Shown: in pieces, positions 37,585 through 46,687 of the stretch
How the letters are laid out: every line of letters begins with the position of its first letter
Position numbering within the stretch: the stretch's first letter is position 1
Virus record (IMG/VR): IMGVR_UViG_3300042458_002038
Location: 1 to 64,000 of that record
DNA from: a virus
Length of the DNA: 64,000 nucleotides
Strand: one strand, 5' to 3'
Translations under genes and position numbers: made by a program
The notes under the pieces: model-generated
What the model was told of the DNA's origin: nothing
The model's database searches: none
Seen by the model: the letters and a program-made list of their open reading frames with translations, nothing else

Positions 37585-38614
37585 TGATTTTATTTTTTAA
37601 GTGTTGTAGTAAAGATGGTTTGTCTTTTGCATATGGATACATTCTGCAAAGGTGACCAATCTCATGTGCTTTGAGAACCTCAAACTCAATGTTTGAATAA
37701 TATTCAATATGATCCAATTGACCATCTAGTGGATCATTTAGCGCAATTGATGTATATAGTTTAGCAATGTCTATAACCCATGAGCTGTAAAGAGTAGGGT
37801 CATTGATTGGGTCAATGAAATATGCCGAAGTGGAATCGTTAGGGCCACTCATAATATTGCTAACGCTACAATCACCATGAGAGAATGTGGCTGGTGTTTG
37901 ACGCATAGCTTCGCTCAGCATAAGGTATATGAAGCTATAGTCTTCTAAAGATAATACATCTTTGACGCGATCTCGGCAACGTGCAATATATGAATCGGCG
38001 CTAACAGGTTCAGATTGCAGAGGCGGATGAGAAGCGAAGGTATGAACGGTTTCCAGCACGTCGGTTATGTCACCACTGTATGTATGCAAATATTGCATAC
38101 GAATAGTATCACCAATAACACTATGCACCCCTGGGACATTATAACCATACCATCGCGCGGCCTCAAACCATCGCACAACACTCTGTGTATTTTTTGATGT
38201 CTTGTAGACGCTGTCAGTTACTTTATCATAATACACAGAGTCACCACTCCAACCACCAACCAAACGAGTGCGCTCAAAACTTTTAACAAATTGTTCTGGT
38301 GTAATACCTTTGTCATCAATATAGTATGCTGCCAGCTTCTTTTGGAAGCTAAGCGAGCTATACTTTACATCATGCTGCGCAAGCCAGCTCTCAATTTGTG
38401 CTCTGTACTTGAGATCGGCCGCTTCACAATCACCATTACATGAGAGTTGACCTCGTGCGGTAACAATATGAATGCTCCAGCCATCATCACATAAAGCATT
38501 GAGTTTGTTGACAAGCGCAACATTTGGCATTGCATTTACCCAATCACGATTGTGAGTAATAGCAATGGTATCATCAAAGTCAACAACAAGAGTGGTTGTA
38601 TAGTCTGAAATCAT
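37556..38614 (-). CDS. HAD phosphatase fused to APH/choline-kinase-like domain
   Basis: VDFDDTI, VTARG, YIDDK; then GGWSG, HGDCSVSNI, FIDP, DIAKL. Confidence 0.8.
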   Translation of the reverse strand: MISDYTTTLVVDFDDTIAITHNRDWVNAMPNVALVNKLNALCDDGWSIHIVTARGQLSCNGDCEAADLKYRAQIESWLAQHDVKYSSLSFQKKLAAYYIDDKGITPEQFVKSFERTRLVGGWSGDSVYYDKVTDSVYKTSKNTQSVVRWFEAARWYGYNVPGVHSVIGDTIRMQYLHTYSGDITDVLETVHTFASHPPLQSEPVSADSYIARCRDRVKDVLSLEDYSFIYLMLSEAMRQTPATFSHGDCSVSNIMSGPNDSTSAYFIDPINDPTLYSSWVIDIAKLYTSIALNDPLDGQLDHIEYYSNIEFEVLKAHEIGHLCRMYPYAKDKPSLLQHLKNKINAARQTITG

Positions 38615-38629
38615 ATGATGTATATATGC

Positions 38630-38971
38630 TTAGATGCGGCGGTTAAGAAAATCGCGATCAGCTTCTTGACCATCAACTTTGCCGCGCATATATGCTACAA
38701 GGAATGAACTGTAGTTGATTAGATCCTTACCACTATCTTCAATACTCTCAAAGTTGGGTTGATACTCAGGATCATTTTCCATAGCTTCAATCACACTATA
38801 CATTCGCAATACCTTAGCTTGAATAATATCAAGAATGCTAGCTACACCGCGTGGGTAATAGTTTGCTTGACGAATGCGACTGTTTGGGTTTTGATAGTCA
38901 CGACTCTTGCGTTCTTGCAATTCGGCGCATTCTTTCAATACCAGAATACTTTCTTTAACTGGTGGAGTCAC
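38630..38971 (-). CDS. nucleotide-modification-associated helical protein (DUF1599/Nmad1-like)
   Basis: Q.RKSRDY, K..R, ESIEDS..DLINYS; probable GTG start at 38971 (frame open to 39058). Confidence 0.65.
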   Translation of the reverse strand: MTPPVKESILVLKECAELQERKSRDYQNPNSRIRQANYYPRGVASILDIIQAKVLRMYSVIEAMENDPEYQPNFESIEDSGKDLINYSSFLVAYMRGKVDGQEADRDFLNRRI

Positions 38972-38987
38972 AGCAGTTGTGTTTGGA

Positions 38988-39113
38988 TTAACCTTGGCCA
39001 CGTGACAGTTTCTTGTAGTTTTTACTTTGTTTAAGATGAGAAGTTTTGCTTTTGGCATGAATTCCCTTGCGACGAATTTTCTTTGGCTTAACCTTAGGGT
39101 TATTGTTTTTCAT
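38988..39113 (-). CDS. 41-aa basic peptide
   Basis: MKNNNPKVKPKKIRRKGIHAKSK...RGQG, directly after promoter at 39120-39148. Confidence 0.5.
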   Translation of the reverse strand: MKNNNPKVKPKKIRRKGIHAKSKTSHLKQSKNYKKLSRGQG

Positions 39114-39131
39114 AAATTTATTATATACTGT

Positions 39132-39302
39132 TTATATGGATTTGTAAAGGACTTTTTTGCATTTATTAAAATGATATCTTGTCATGTTTGGACGCCGCCC
39201 GATTTTAGCACAATAGGGACAATGAACAATATTCCAAGTTTTCTTTTTGCCTAAATGAATATCTGATAATTTTTTTCGCAATTTATTTGCAGCTTTATTC
39301 AT
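39132..39302 (-). pseudogene. homing endonuclease C-terminal remnant
   Basis: RKKLS..H.GK and CPYC..RYHFNKCK match the C-termini of the 8312 and 31680 endonucleases; no catalytic domain. Confidence 0.6.
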
Positions 39303-40041
39303 ACAATTTTTTATAATCTTCTTTAGATATAACAAATTCTTTTCCCTCCGTTTTGATATAATGATCTAGTAAGTAAAATTGTCGACTATACACATGCAGC
39401 GATCCTACTTGCCATGTGATGCTGCCAGCACTAATTACATTGCCAGTGCGGCATGCAAGATCTTCAACCAAGCAGCCTTGAATATACTTTTGCCATGCAT
39501 AGTCATTTCTATATCCGGCCCAAACATCATTACTGCGCATCTGAACAATCATATGCAGCTGCGAGTCTCGAAGTAGAAACTGAACAACATTGGTGCAAAT
39601 GAAGTCGCTCATTCCACCAGCACACCAGTCAGTATGCATAGAAGGTCGAGTGTAAATCATTACAGCACGGCGGCTTTCAGGGTTAACGCATAATTCATTG
39701 CGTACATTTCCATACTGTGAGCCATTCTCTTTGCTTAACACAAGGTAACCATAATTGCTGTTGATGAAGCCTGCAGGAGTAGCTACAGCTGTCCAGATGG
39801 CCGGTGTCTTGCCTGGGATATCATTTACATTAAGGCTCTGTGAAAGATACCAATCCAATTCGTGTTGAATATACTCAGCATTCTCAGATCCAAAGATTAG
39901 TGCTTCATCAGCAATAAAACTTGCGCCAATCAGCTCTACTGTTTTTACGCCGCTCTTATCGGTTGTGAATTTTTCGGTTAGGTATTGTTCGGCGAGCAAT
40001 TCGCGAACGTCATTTACATTCGTTTGAATAATGTTGTGCAT
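39295..40041 (-). CDS. gp42: dCMP hydroxymethylase (thymidylate synthase superfamily)
   Basis: INSNYG, SRRAVMIYTRPSM, DFICTN, MRSND...GYRNDYAW (Asp typical of dCMP-specific enzymes), GSLHVY. Confidence 0.88.
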   Translation of the reverse strand: MHNIIQTNVNDVRELLAEQYLTEKFTTDKSGVKTVELIGASFIADEALIFGSENAEYIQHELDWYLSQSLNVNDIPGKTPAIWTAVATPAGFINSNYGYLVLSKENGSQYGNVRNELCVNPESRRAVMIYTRPSMHTDWCAGGMSDFICTNVVQFLLRDSQLHMIVQMRSNDVWAGYRNDYAWQKYIQGCLVEDLACRTGNVISAGSITWQVGSLHVYSRQFYLLDHYIKTEGKEFVISKEDYKKLYE

Positions 40042-40046
40042 ACTGT

Positions 40047-40391
40047 TTAAAATAAAAGTTTACGGCAGTTAAGAATGATTTGCATATTGTGAACATCATC
40101 ATACTCAAGTACAGTCTGATCACGCGGCTCTTCATCCTGAAGAAGTTCTTGCTCAATAGTTTGATCTATTGCAAGTGGGCGATCACGTGTAATATATGTA
40201 TATGCATCGCTCAAAAAGTCTTTAAGCACGGCACCATTCCTAATGGTGTTCCAATCGGTATTCGCATACTCTGTGCTTTCAACAAAGCTTACGGTTTTGC
40301 TAAAAAGCAATTCGCGCAATGGATCATCAGATCCAGTTTGACGTGCGCTAAACATTTGGCCTAGTCGGCTCCAGACGGTTTCGTTTTTCAT
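40047..40391 (-). CDS. hypothetical protein
   Basis: ORF after promoter at 40398-40426. Confidence 0.6.
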   Translation of the reverse strand: MKNETVWSRLGQMFSARQTGSDDPLRELLFSKTVSFVESTEYANTDWNTIRNGAVLKDFLSDAYTYITRDRPLAIDQTIEQELLQDEEPRDQTVLEYDDVHNMQIILNCRKLLF

Positions 40392-40429
40392 AATGTTATT
40401 ATAACAAGTTAGATGTGGTTTGTAAAGGA

Positions 40430-40825
40430 TTATTTTTGCAATAGTGCGGCAATGATCAGCTCAGCATTCTCTTGCGCTGATGGATATTCAAGAGTGTTAA
40501 ATTCCTTTCCATTACGAGAGATGAACCAGTCCCAATCAGCTTTTGCTTGTTCTGATAACAGCAAACCTCGAGGTCTTGCTTCACTAGCTTTAAGAATAAT
40601 GTCAACAAGCTGTTCTTCTTTATCCCGTGCCGCGGCCATAATCTCTGCCTTTGCAGGATAGACGGCTTGACGAATAGAAGTACTTCCTGGAGCTACTTTT
40701 ACAAGCCACCAACCTTCTCGCAATCCTTCATACGCCCAAGGGTCATTATCCTGCACATACTGCTTACCAGTCTTTTTGTAGCGAATTTGATTCATCTTTT
40801 CGTAGGCTCTTGTTTCTGCATTCAT
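40430..40825 (-). CDS. hypothetical protein
   Basis: Tightly packed early ORF. Confidence 0.6.
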   Translation of the reverse strand: MNAETRAYEKMNQIRYKKTGKQYVQDNDPWAYEGLREGWWLVKVAPGSTSIRQAVYPAKAEIMAAARDKEEQLVDIILKASEARPRGLLLSEQAKADWDWFISRNGKEFNTLEYPSAQENAELIIAALLQK

Positions 40826-40831
40826 ATTGTT

Positions 40832-41029
40832 TTAGGATTCATATTCTTCGCCTTCGCTAGGTGTGCGATACAAGCGGTCAATTCTTTCGAGATTTTTAAT
40901 GATGGTATCTTGATTCATGGACATGTTTCGTGCAATATACATTTCAGCACAGATCAGATTTAGAATAAACATTCTTTCTTCCGAAGAGTATTGATGAATC
41001 ATTTTTAGTTTGTCTGGGAAAGCTGTCAT
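40832..41029 (-). CDS. hypothetical protein
   Basis: Tightly packed early ORF. Confidence 0.55.
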   Translation of the reverse strand: MTAFPDKLKMIHQYSSEERMFILNLICAEMYIARNMSMNQDTIIKNLERIDRLYRTPSEGEEYES

Positions 41030-41061
41030 ATTATTTTATCCGTGCTCCTTACTTTTTGATT

Positions 41062-41403
41062 TTAGTTTACTGTTTGTCCGTTGATATAAAACACACAATC
41101 TCTAATGTATGGACTTTCATCAGGATTGGTAATAGTAAAGCGATATTTACGACCACAATCAAGTAGTTTTTTAGTATCCGAATATCGAGGCGCGCTTTTT
41201 CCACATACCAATCCATCATACTTTTCCATAAGCTCTGCATCTCCGTCAATATCTGGCAAGAATAAACCATCACCGCATGAAAGATCTAAGCCAAATGACA
41301 GCTCAAATTGTTCAGCACACTCACACATTTCAATCGCATCGTCAAGATTGCTATTTGTTTCTCCTCCGAAGATAATGATTTCGTCGTATATAATGTTTTT
41401 CAT
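41062..41403 (-). CDS. hypothetical acidic protein
   Basis: Tightly packed early ORF. Confidence 0.55.
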   Translation of the reverse strand: MKNIIYDEIIIFGGETNSNLDDAIEMCECAEQFELSFGLDLSCGDGLFLPDIDGDAELMEKYDGLVCGKSAPRYSDTKKLLDCGRKYRFTITNPDESPYIRDCVFYINGQTVN

Positions 41404-41406
41404 ATG

Positions 41407-41610
41407 TTATTTTAAGCTGTAAACTTCAAATCCAAAATCCTCAATGTCGCGGTCAGTAAACATATCATAGTCGCTATTCCAGACAAAACCTTTGTCAGCA
41501 ATCCATGTATGGCAGGTGTATACCCGTGTACCTACATCATTGAGGACTCCTGTCACTTTAAAAATTTGATCAGCCGCAATGAATATGTCTCCAACTTTGA
41601 TGTTTTTCAT
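41407..41610 (-). CDS. hypothetical protein (paralog of 41925 ORF)
   Basis: VGDIF...Q.FKVT.V. Confidence 0.55.
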   Translation of the reverse strand: MKNIKVGDIFIAADQIFKVTGVLNDVGTRVYTCHTWIADKGFVWNSDYDMFTDRDIEDFGFEVYSLK

Positions 41611-41915
41611 AGTGCGTCTTTTTCAAATAAGGCTTTCAATCTTTCATATTCGGCGCGATCATAATTAAGTTTGCGCATCTCGCGTTCCTTATCATTCCGA
41701 GTTCTGTTTTCATATTCAAGATCAGTTTCAAAGCGTTTACCTTGAAGCTTAAGATTATAACCGCCTTCATAGCAAGGATCTTCATAGATTTTTAAATCTG
41801 TCCATACATCCGAATATTTTTCCTTTAATGATTGAAGGTATTCAATCGCCTGTTCAATAGTTGTTTCGTCCAACTCTAGGTCAGTAGTGTCTCTTGTATG
41901 AATTAATTTTTGCAT
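41607..41915 (-). CDS. hypothetical protein
   Basis: R.ETD.EY..R...E.AEYERLK..FE pattern. Confidence 0.6.
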   Translation of the reverse strand: MQKLIHTRDTTDLELDETTIEQAIEYLQSLKEKYSDVWTDLKIYEDPCYEGGYNLKLQGKRFETDLEYENRTRNDKEREMRKLNYDRAEYERLKALFEKDAL

Positions 41916-41924
41916 ATTGTAGTT

Positions 41925-42149
41925 TTACAGTTCGGTTGCTTTAAAAAATGTTTTGATTTCGCTAAGAAGAAAACCATCATCGCCTATATCAGTCCAACCC
42001 TGCCCACTCACAAACAAGTCAACTTCAAAGTATGGATCATCTGGAAACATCTTGGATTGTTGAACATTGGTTACGCGGTAAAGTTGGTTGGAGCTCATGA
42101 AAACGTCTCCGACTGATACAATGTTGTTGGTCATGTTGTTGGTTACCAT
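41925..42149 (-). CDS. hypothetical protein (paralog of 41407 ORF)
   Basis: VGDVF...Q.YRVT.V. Confidence 0.55.
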   Translation of the reverse strand: MVTNNMTNNIVSVGDVFMSSNQLYRVTNVQQSKMFPDDPYFEVDLFVSGQGWTDIGDDGFLLSEIKTFFKATEL

Positions 42150-42361
42150 TCCTTATGATTACCATCTGCTTCATTGTCAGCATAACCAGCAGCATATTCA
42201 GCAATTTCTTCTGCGGTCAAATCAACAATCTGCTCACCTCTGCCAGTACCTTCTGGATACCAATGCGGCATCTTTGCACGTCTGTAATAGGAGTCAGCAC
42301 CACCTCGATCATATAATGCTCCATGGCGTTTTCTGTCAAATTGAATCTGGCTATTGTTCAT
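42143..42361 (-). CDS. conserved phage hypothetical protein
   Basis: HG.LYDRG.ADSYY.R...PH..EI.EY.AGY..KEW. Confidence 0.7.
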   Translation of the reverse strand: MNNSQIQFDRKRHGALYDRGGADSYYRRAKMPHWYPEGTGRGEQIVDLTAEEIAEYAAGYADNEADGNHKEW

Positions 42362-42362
42362 A

Positions 42363-42590
42363 TTAGTATTTTCCGTATTTTTCCATCAGAGGATGGATAT
42401 TAACTTTCTTAGTTTTAACTTTACGATTATCAAACCCACGAATGCGCTCGCCTTGCATGTCATAGAAGGTGTGCATACGGCCAATTGTCATTTCAGCTGT
42501 CGTGCGATTAAGGCTAGCGGCCTTGGCAATGACACTGTCATATTGATCTCCAAGCTTATACTTATAATAGGTTCTCCAAAGGAATTTCAT
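42363..42590 (-). CDS. hypothetical protein
   Basis: ATG at 42590 avoids overlap with the upstream gene. Confidence 0.5.
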   Translation of the reverse strand: MKFLWRTYYKYKLGDQYDSVIAKAASLNRTTAEMTIGRMHTFYDMQGERIRGFDNRKVKTKKVNIHPLMEKYGKY

Positions 42591-42603
42591 AATGCGATAT
42601 GTA

Positions 42604-42981
42604 TCAGTTGTAGCTTTCAGCGATTTCCTCAGGAGTTGCAATATAGCAAACGCCGTCAAAGTCGCCGTCAGCATAATCGTTGACAATCACTTCATCAGGC
42701 GCAGCCTTGGCAACTTTCGCTGCTTTCTTTGCGGCGGGTTTTGTAACAGCCTTTGTTGCTTTTTTTGCTGCAGCCTTGACAATCTTCACGTCAGCATCAA
42801 GTGCCGCGGCATAAAGGCCGCGAGAGATTGCCTTTTCTTTGCCAAGGAATGTTTCGAGAACTTCCTTACAAGTGAGGCCATATTGTTGGCCGGTGCTGTA
42901 AAGCGTCTTTGCTGAAAAACCAGCGGCGGCATCGGGTTGTGCGTTGAGCGCATCAATCATTTCATTTACTCTTGTCATCAT
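42604..42981 (-). CDS. early protein with histone-H1-like K/A/P tract and acidic tail
   Basis: KAAAKKATKAVTKPAAKKAAKVAK; promoter TTGACA-N17-TACAAT at 43014-43042. Confidence 0.65.
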   Translation of the reverse strand: MMTRVNEMIDALNAQPDAAAGFSAKTLYSTGQQYGLTCKEVLETFLGKEKAISRGLYAAALDADVKIVKAAAKKATKAVTKPAAKKAAKVAKAAPDEVIVNDYADGDFDGVCYIATPEEIAESYN

Positions 42982-43054
42982 AATATTAGTTTGTTTGGTT
43001 TCCTTACGGTATTATTGTATCAACTTCTGCGATTTTTGTCAAGGACAAAATTCA

Positions 43055-43144
43055 TTATTTTTGCTCGGAAACAAAAAATGTTGATACAAAAAACATAGCT
43101 AAAATCAGCGCAATTACGGCAAGTGCTAGGGTTGTGGTTTGCAT
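43055..43144 (-). CDS. 29-aa single-pass membrane peptide
   Basis: MQTTTLALAVIALILAMFFVSTFFVSEQK, first ORF after the promoter and TAAGGAAACC. Confidence 0.55.
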   Translation of the reverse strand: MQTTTLALAVIALILAMFFVSTFFVSEQK

Positions 43145-43171
43145 AATATTTTATGGTTTCCTTACAGAATT

Positions 43172-43254
43172 ATTATACCACAATTTTTCAGACTTGTAAA
43201 GGAAAAAATGAAGAAAAATGCATATTTTTTTGGCCATTGAAAATCAACGAGTTA
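43172..43254 (-). promoter_or_regulatory. early promoter module with IHF-like site
   Basis: TTTACA-N17-TATAAT (43172-43200); AATCAACGAGTTA at 43242-43254. Confidence 0.78.
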
Positions 43255-43331
43255 CGCAAATGACTATTTTTGAGCGGAAATTTAGAGGATTTGCGGCTTC
43301 TTTACAGCGGATTGCCCAGCAGATTAAGCAT

Positions 43332-43372
43332 AAAGGCATGAAATCTTATTTTCAGAGATTTCATGCCTTTTT
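43332..43372. terminator. intrinsic terminator-like hairpin
   Basis: AAAGGCATGAAATCT/AGATTTCATGCCTTT inverted repeat. Confidence 0.65.
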
Positions 43373-43401
43373 CGGACTGTGGTTTAAGCCACAGACATTT
43401 T

Positions 43402-43836
43402 TCAGTTTAAGATGTAAACGTCAGTCCACGCCGGTGTGGTTTTTGACATATGACTTATGGCTCGGTTTGATGCAACAAATACATCAAACACATATGCTTT
43501 TCCGCGCGCTGCCTTTTTGCTTGTTACAGCAGATCCACGATCTTGAACGATAAATTTACCGTCATCAATCACGTTCTTCAGTGCAGGAATATACACGCGC
43601 GTTCCAAACTTAAAGTCTGGATGCGCAGCTACAGTAGTTCCTTGACGTGCTGCCTTAACATCTGGCATTGCTACGCGGCTGCCCCAGTGATCTTGTCCAG
43701 GGCAGTAATATGTAATGCGGGCTCTTACTTTATGTATAGCTGCTATTGTATTTAAATGTGCCGTTTCGGCATTGGATACAAACGAGCAGCTAAACAGAGA
43801 CAGCACCAATGCTAGGGATATTGCTATTCTTTTCAT
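43402..43836 (-). CDS. secreted 3D-domain (MltA-like) protein
   Basis: Signal peptide; ITYY, TVAAHP.F.FGTRVYIP, VQDRGSAV, FDVFV. Confidence 0.75.
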   Translation of the reverse strand: MKRIAISLALVLSLFSCSFVSNAETAHLNTIAAIHKVRARITYYCPGQDHWGSRVAMPDVKAARQGTTVAAHPDFKFGTRVYIPALKNVIDDGKFIVQDRGSAVTSKKAARGKAYVFDVFVASNRAISHMSKTTPAWTDVYILN

Positions 43837-44024
43837 TGTGTTGTTGGGTTGTGGTATTTTATTTTTGTTTTAGTTTCGGAGAGAGTATCATACCACATTT
43901 CATACTCTTTCCGCTTTGTGTATCGACCCAGCTTTACCTGTAGTCTCACACGATTGCAGAGACTGCTAACACAGCGGTCTCCATTTGCTTTGTAGATTTC
44001 CTACAAAATTATTTATCAAAGGAT

Positions 44025-44594
44025 TTATGTCCAAAGCACGCCCACATGTCGCACGATGGTCATCATTGCATCTTGATCACGCTGTTCAATCAATGCTTCA
44101 AGGCGATTTGTTTCAGCATATGCTTCAGCAAAGCTCATTCCATATAGCGTTTCGCATGAGCGCATACATGATGATTTGTTTCCAGCAGCATCAAACGTTG
44201 GCTCTTCAAATATGCCATGAACACCAGGAAGCGTCTTTGGGTAACTGTCATCATGCGCAGCTTGCAATGCGTCGCGCTCATGTTTGATGTAATTATAGGC
44301 ATCACGCAATTCTCCATATGTTTTCAGCACATCATCAATGTATTCTTGTGACACATGACCAGCCGCAAGTTCTTTGCTCCAATCGGCATCAAGTTGATAC
44401 AATCCTTTTTCTTTCTCTACAAAGTCAACGAGAGTTGCAAACAATACGCGCGGTACCAATTCGACTTTATCACAGTATGTACGCGGAATGACTCGTGTAA
44501 GCCAACGTTGCTGTGGAATAAAGAAGCTGCGAATGCTCCAGTAAAAACTGGAACGTGCATAGCTGTTGGTAAATAATAGTATCAGTCTTTTCAT
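44025..44594 (-). CDS. hypothetical protein
   Basis: YCDKVEL..LF..LVDFVEKE pattern. Confidence 0.65.
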   Translation of the reverse strand: MKRLILLFTNSYARSSFYWSIRSFFIPQQRWLTRVIPRTYCDKVELVPRVLFATLVDFVEKEKGLYQLDADWSKELAAGHVSQEYIDDVLKTYGELRDAYNYIKHERDALQAAHDDSYPKTLPGVHGIFEEPTFDAAGNKSSCMRSCETLYGMSFAEAYAETNRLEALIEQRDQDAMMTIVRHVGVLWT

Positions 44595-45250
44595 ATGTAT
44601 TTTAATTTAAAATTTCCATCATCATATATTTCAATATATGAACACTTTTCGTCACAGAAGCTTCCACTGTTGGCATAGGTGCAATTGGCATAGACTCGTA
44701 CCTCAGGATAGTGTGTATGCCCAGCCAACAATACATCATGTGCAGCACCATGCTTTTGAACAAACCGTTCACGAACAATATCCTTGGCTCTAATCCATGA
44801 TTTGCTAAGCTGTTTGATCCTGCGTGTAAAGCGATGGCGACGATCAAACTTTTGAATCCAGTAGTATGCTCCAGTAAAAAACCATGTAATGAATGGCCGT
44901 TCACTGGTCCATCTGTCATAGCTATGACCATGTTCCATGCGAAACTTTATGCTGTTTATCTCTGCAGCATAATGATCAACCAAATCCATACCAGCTATGG
45001 CACTCAAGAATTCGGCGTCTTCATCGTGGTTGCCATATACCAATACCACATGCCGACTTTTTGATAGCTTGCGAATTTTGCTAAGAATCTTCCAATCCTT
45101 TTTATCATAGCGATGAAATGAATAGTTGTCAAACAAGTCTCCATTGATGACTAGTGTGTTAAATTTAAAGTTCAGTACCTGAAGCACTTTTTCTTTTTGA
45201 CTTACACTGGTGCCCAAGTGAACATCACTAATGACTAGTGTATTAATCAT
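44591..45250 (-). CDS. metallophosphoesterase (LpxH/YbbF-like)
   Basis: SDVHLG, GDLFD, GNHD, HGH, GHTH, NSGS. Confidence 0.88.
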   Translation of the reverse strand: MINTLVISDVHLGTSVSQKEKVLQVLNFKFNTLVINGDLFDNYSFHRYDKKDWKILSKIRKLSKSRHVVLVYGNHDEDAEFLSAIAGMDLVDHYAAEINSIKFRMEHGHSYDRWTSERPFITWFFTGAYYWIQKFDRRHRFTRRIKQLSKSWIRAKDIVRERFVQKHGAAHDVLLAGHTHYPEVRVYANCTYANSGSFCDEKCSYIEIYDDGNFKLKYI

Positions 45251-45539
45251 TGGTTACTGTTTCATCGGCTAGTTCGTCACGATTCATTGCAGTTGTAATA
45301 TAGCTGATTAGAATGGTTGTCATTTCTGCTTGAATGTGATCATCGCTCCAGCGCGTTTCTTTGCGAAAGTCAAGAATCATTTCTGCTATGCGCAATGACG
45401 AAAGCAATAGATTGTCATCAACAAATACGTCATATACTTGTGTGCGGTATGCATTGCTAGACCGATGGTTGAAGCGCAATTCAACGTCAGATGTTTCTTT
45501 AAAGTGATGTGTGATAGCGACTAAGATAAGTGGAATCAT
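45243..45539 (-). CDS. hypothetical protein
   Basis: Coupled ORF. Confidence 0.55.
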   Translation of the reverse strand: MIPLILVAITHHFKETSDVELRFNHRSSNAYRTQVYDVFVDDNLLLSSLRIAEMILDFRKETRWSDDHIQAEMTTILISYITTAMNRDELADETVTND

Positions 45540-45544
45540 AAGTG

Positions 45545-45820
45545 TTATTTGCTTTCTTTAAATGTTACAGTGCCTTCCCATACACCAAAGTTGCTTTGCT
45601 CGCGCATTGTCCATGTCTCAGGCACTTCTCCTTCACGCATAGGTCGCGTAGTATACCATAATGAAGAATTGCCTTCTTTAGACGTCTTCCAAGTTGCAAT
45701 AACAAATTTGTTTCCAAGTGGAACGTCTACATTCATGTTTCCGCCAAAGGCCTTAGCTCGTTGGTTTTCTGTGCATGATAATAGTAATGCTGATGCAAGG
45801 ATTAGTGGCAGTAGTTTCAT
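45545..45820 (-). CDS. putative lipoprotein
   Basis: MKLLPLILASALLLSC lipobox; CTENQRAK.FGG..TWK..LWY.TRPM. Confidence 0.72.
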   Translation of the reverse strand: MKLLPLILASALLLSCTENQRAKAFGGNMNVDVPLGNKFVIATWKTSKEGNSSLWYTTRPMREGEVPETWTMREQSNFGVWEGTVTFKESK

Positions 45821-46108
45821 ATTGATAATTTATTGGTTTTCTAAAATGTATTTGGCGAGGATGTATTTTTCTTTTAGAGAAGGCTAACAGCTTTACCGCG
45901 AAAGGCTACAATTACAGCATTAAGCGCCGTGCCAATTGCACAAATAAGAAACATGGTGCCTAGCCAGATCCAAAATGAAGAGAAGACGAATTTAAGTATT
46001 TCAAGCATAATCGTATTGTTGTGTTAGCAGAGAATCCTATCGGTTTTTGGGAAGTGGCTTTTTTCTAGAAGAACCTTTTGATCGTGTGTGATGGTTTCCA
46101 TGATCTTC

Positions 46109-46309
46109 TTAGCGAGTGTGTTTGACTAGAGTCTGCAGCAGGTGATCGTAGTCTCCGCTCATGCAATCATCCAGCACGGCTTTAATTTCAGCGGCGGTGC
46201 GCCCTTGCTTGCGAGCTGCAGATTGAAATGCTCCCATAAGTACGAATGCATTTCCATCAAGGCCAACAAGCTGCAGTTTAATTGCTTCACAATGTAGTGT
46301 TTCGGTCAT
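46109..46309 (-). CDS. conserved phage hypothetical protein
   Basis: LVGLDGNAF.LMG....A...GDYDHLL. Confidence 0.7.
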   Translation of the reverse strand: MTETLHCEAIKLQLVGLDGNAFVLMGAFQSAARKQGRTAAEIKAVLDDCMSGDYDHLLQTLVKHTR

Positions 46310-46592
46310 ATTCAAATTTCATTTACAGTTACAATTGCGCCCATTTCACGATACACAAGCGCTGCTTCAGCGGCATTGCCATAGTCATCATATATGAGAA
46401 CGGTTCCGCGCTCTGCAGCATCTTCAAATTTAACGATTAGTTCAAACATAGGTATAGATGTTTAAAAGGTACTTCAGTGATTAACAACCGCAGCATGGTG
46501 CATCTTCGCAGCCGCACGGTGAGTCATTTGGAGAATCTTCAATGTCGTATTTCATATTGGTCATAATCAGTAGTGGTTTGCCTTACGAGATT

Positions 46593-46687
46593 ATTATACA
46601 CTAAAAAAAGCAGCTTGTAAATAAAAAAATGCATAAATTATGAAAAATATGCATTTTTTGTGTTTTTGTTGATTTTTAATGAGTTAC
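46593..46687 (-). promoter_or_regulatory. early promoter module
   Basis: TTTACA-N17-TATAAT (46593-46621), ATGCAT boxes, variant GTTGA..GAGTTAC element. Confidence 0.72.

Noticed and set aside
43850-44000. Possible frameshifted gene fragment (SCETTGKAG..WYDTL)
   Set aside because: Resemblance too short to support a call
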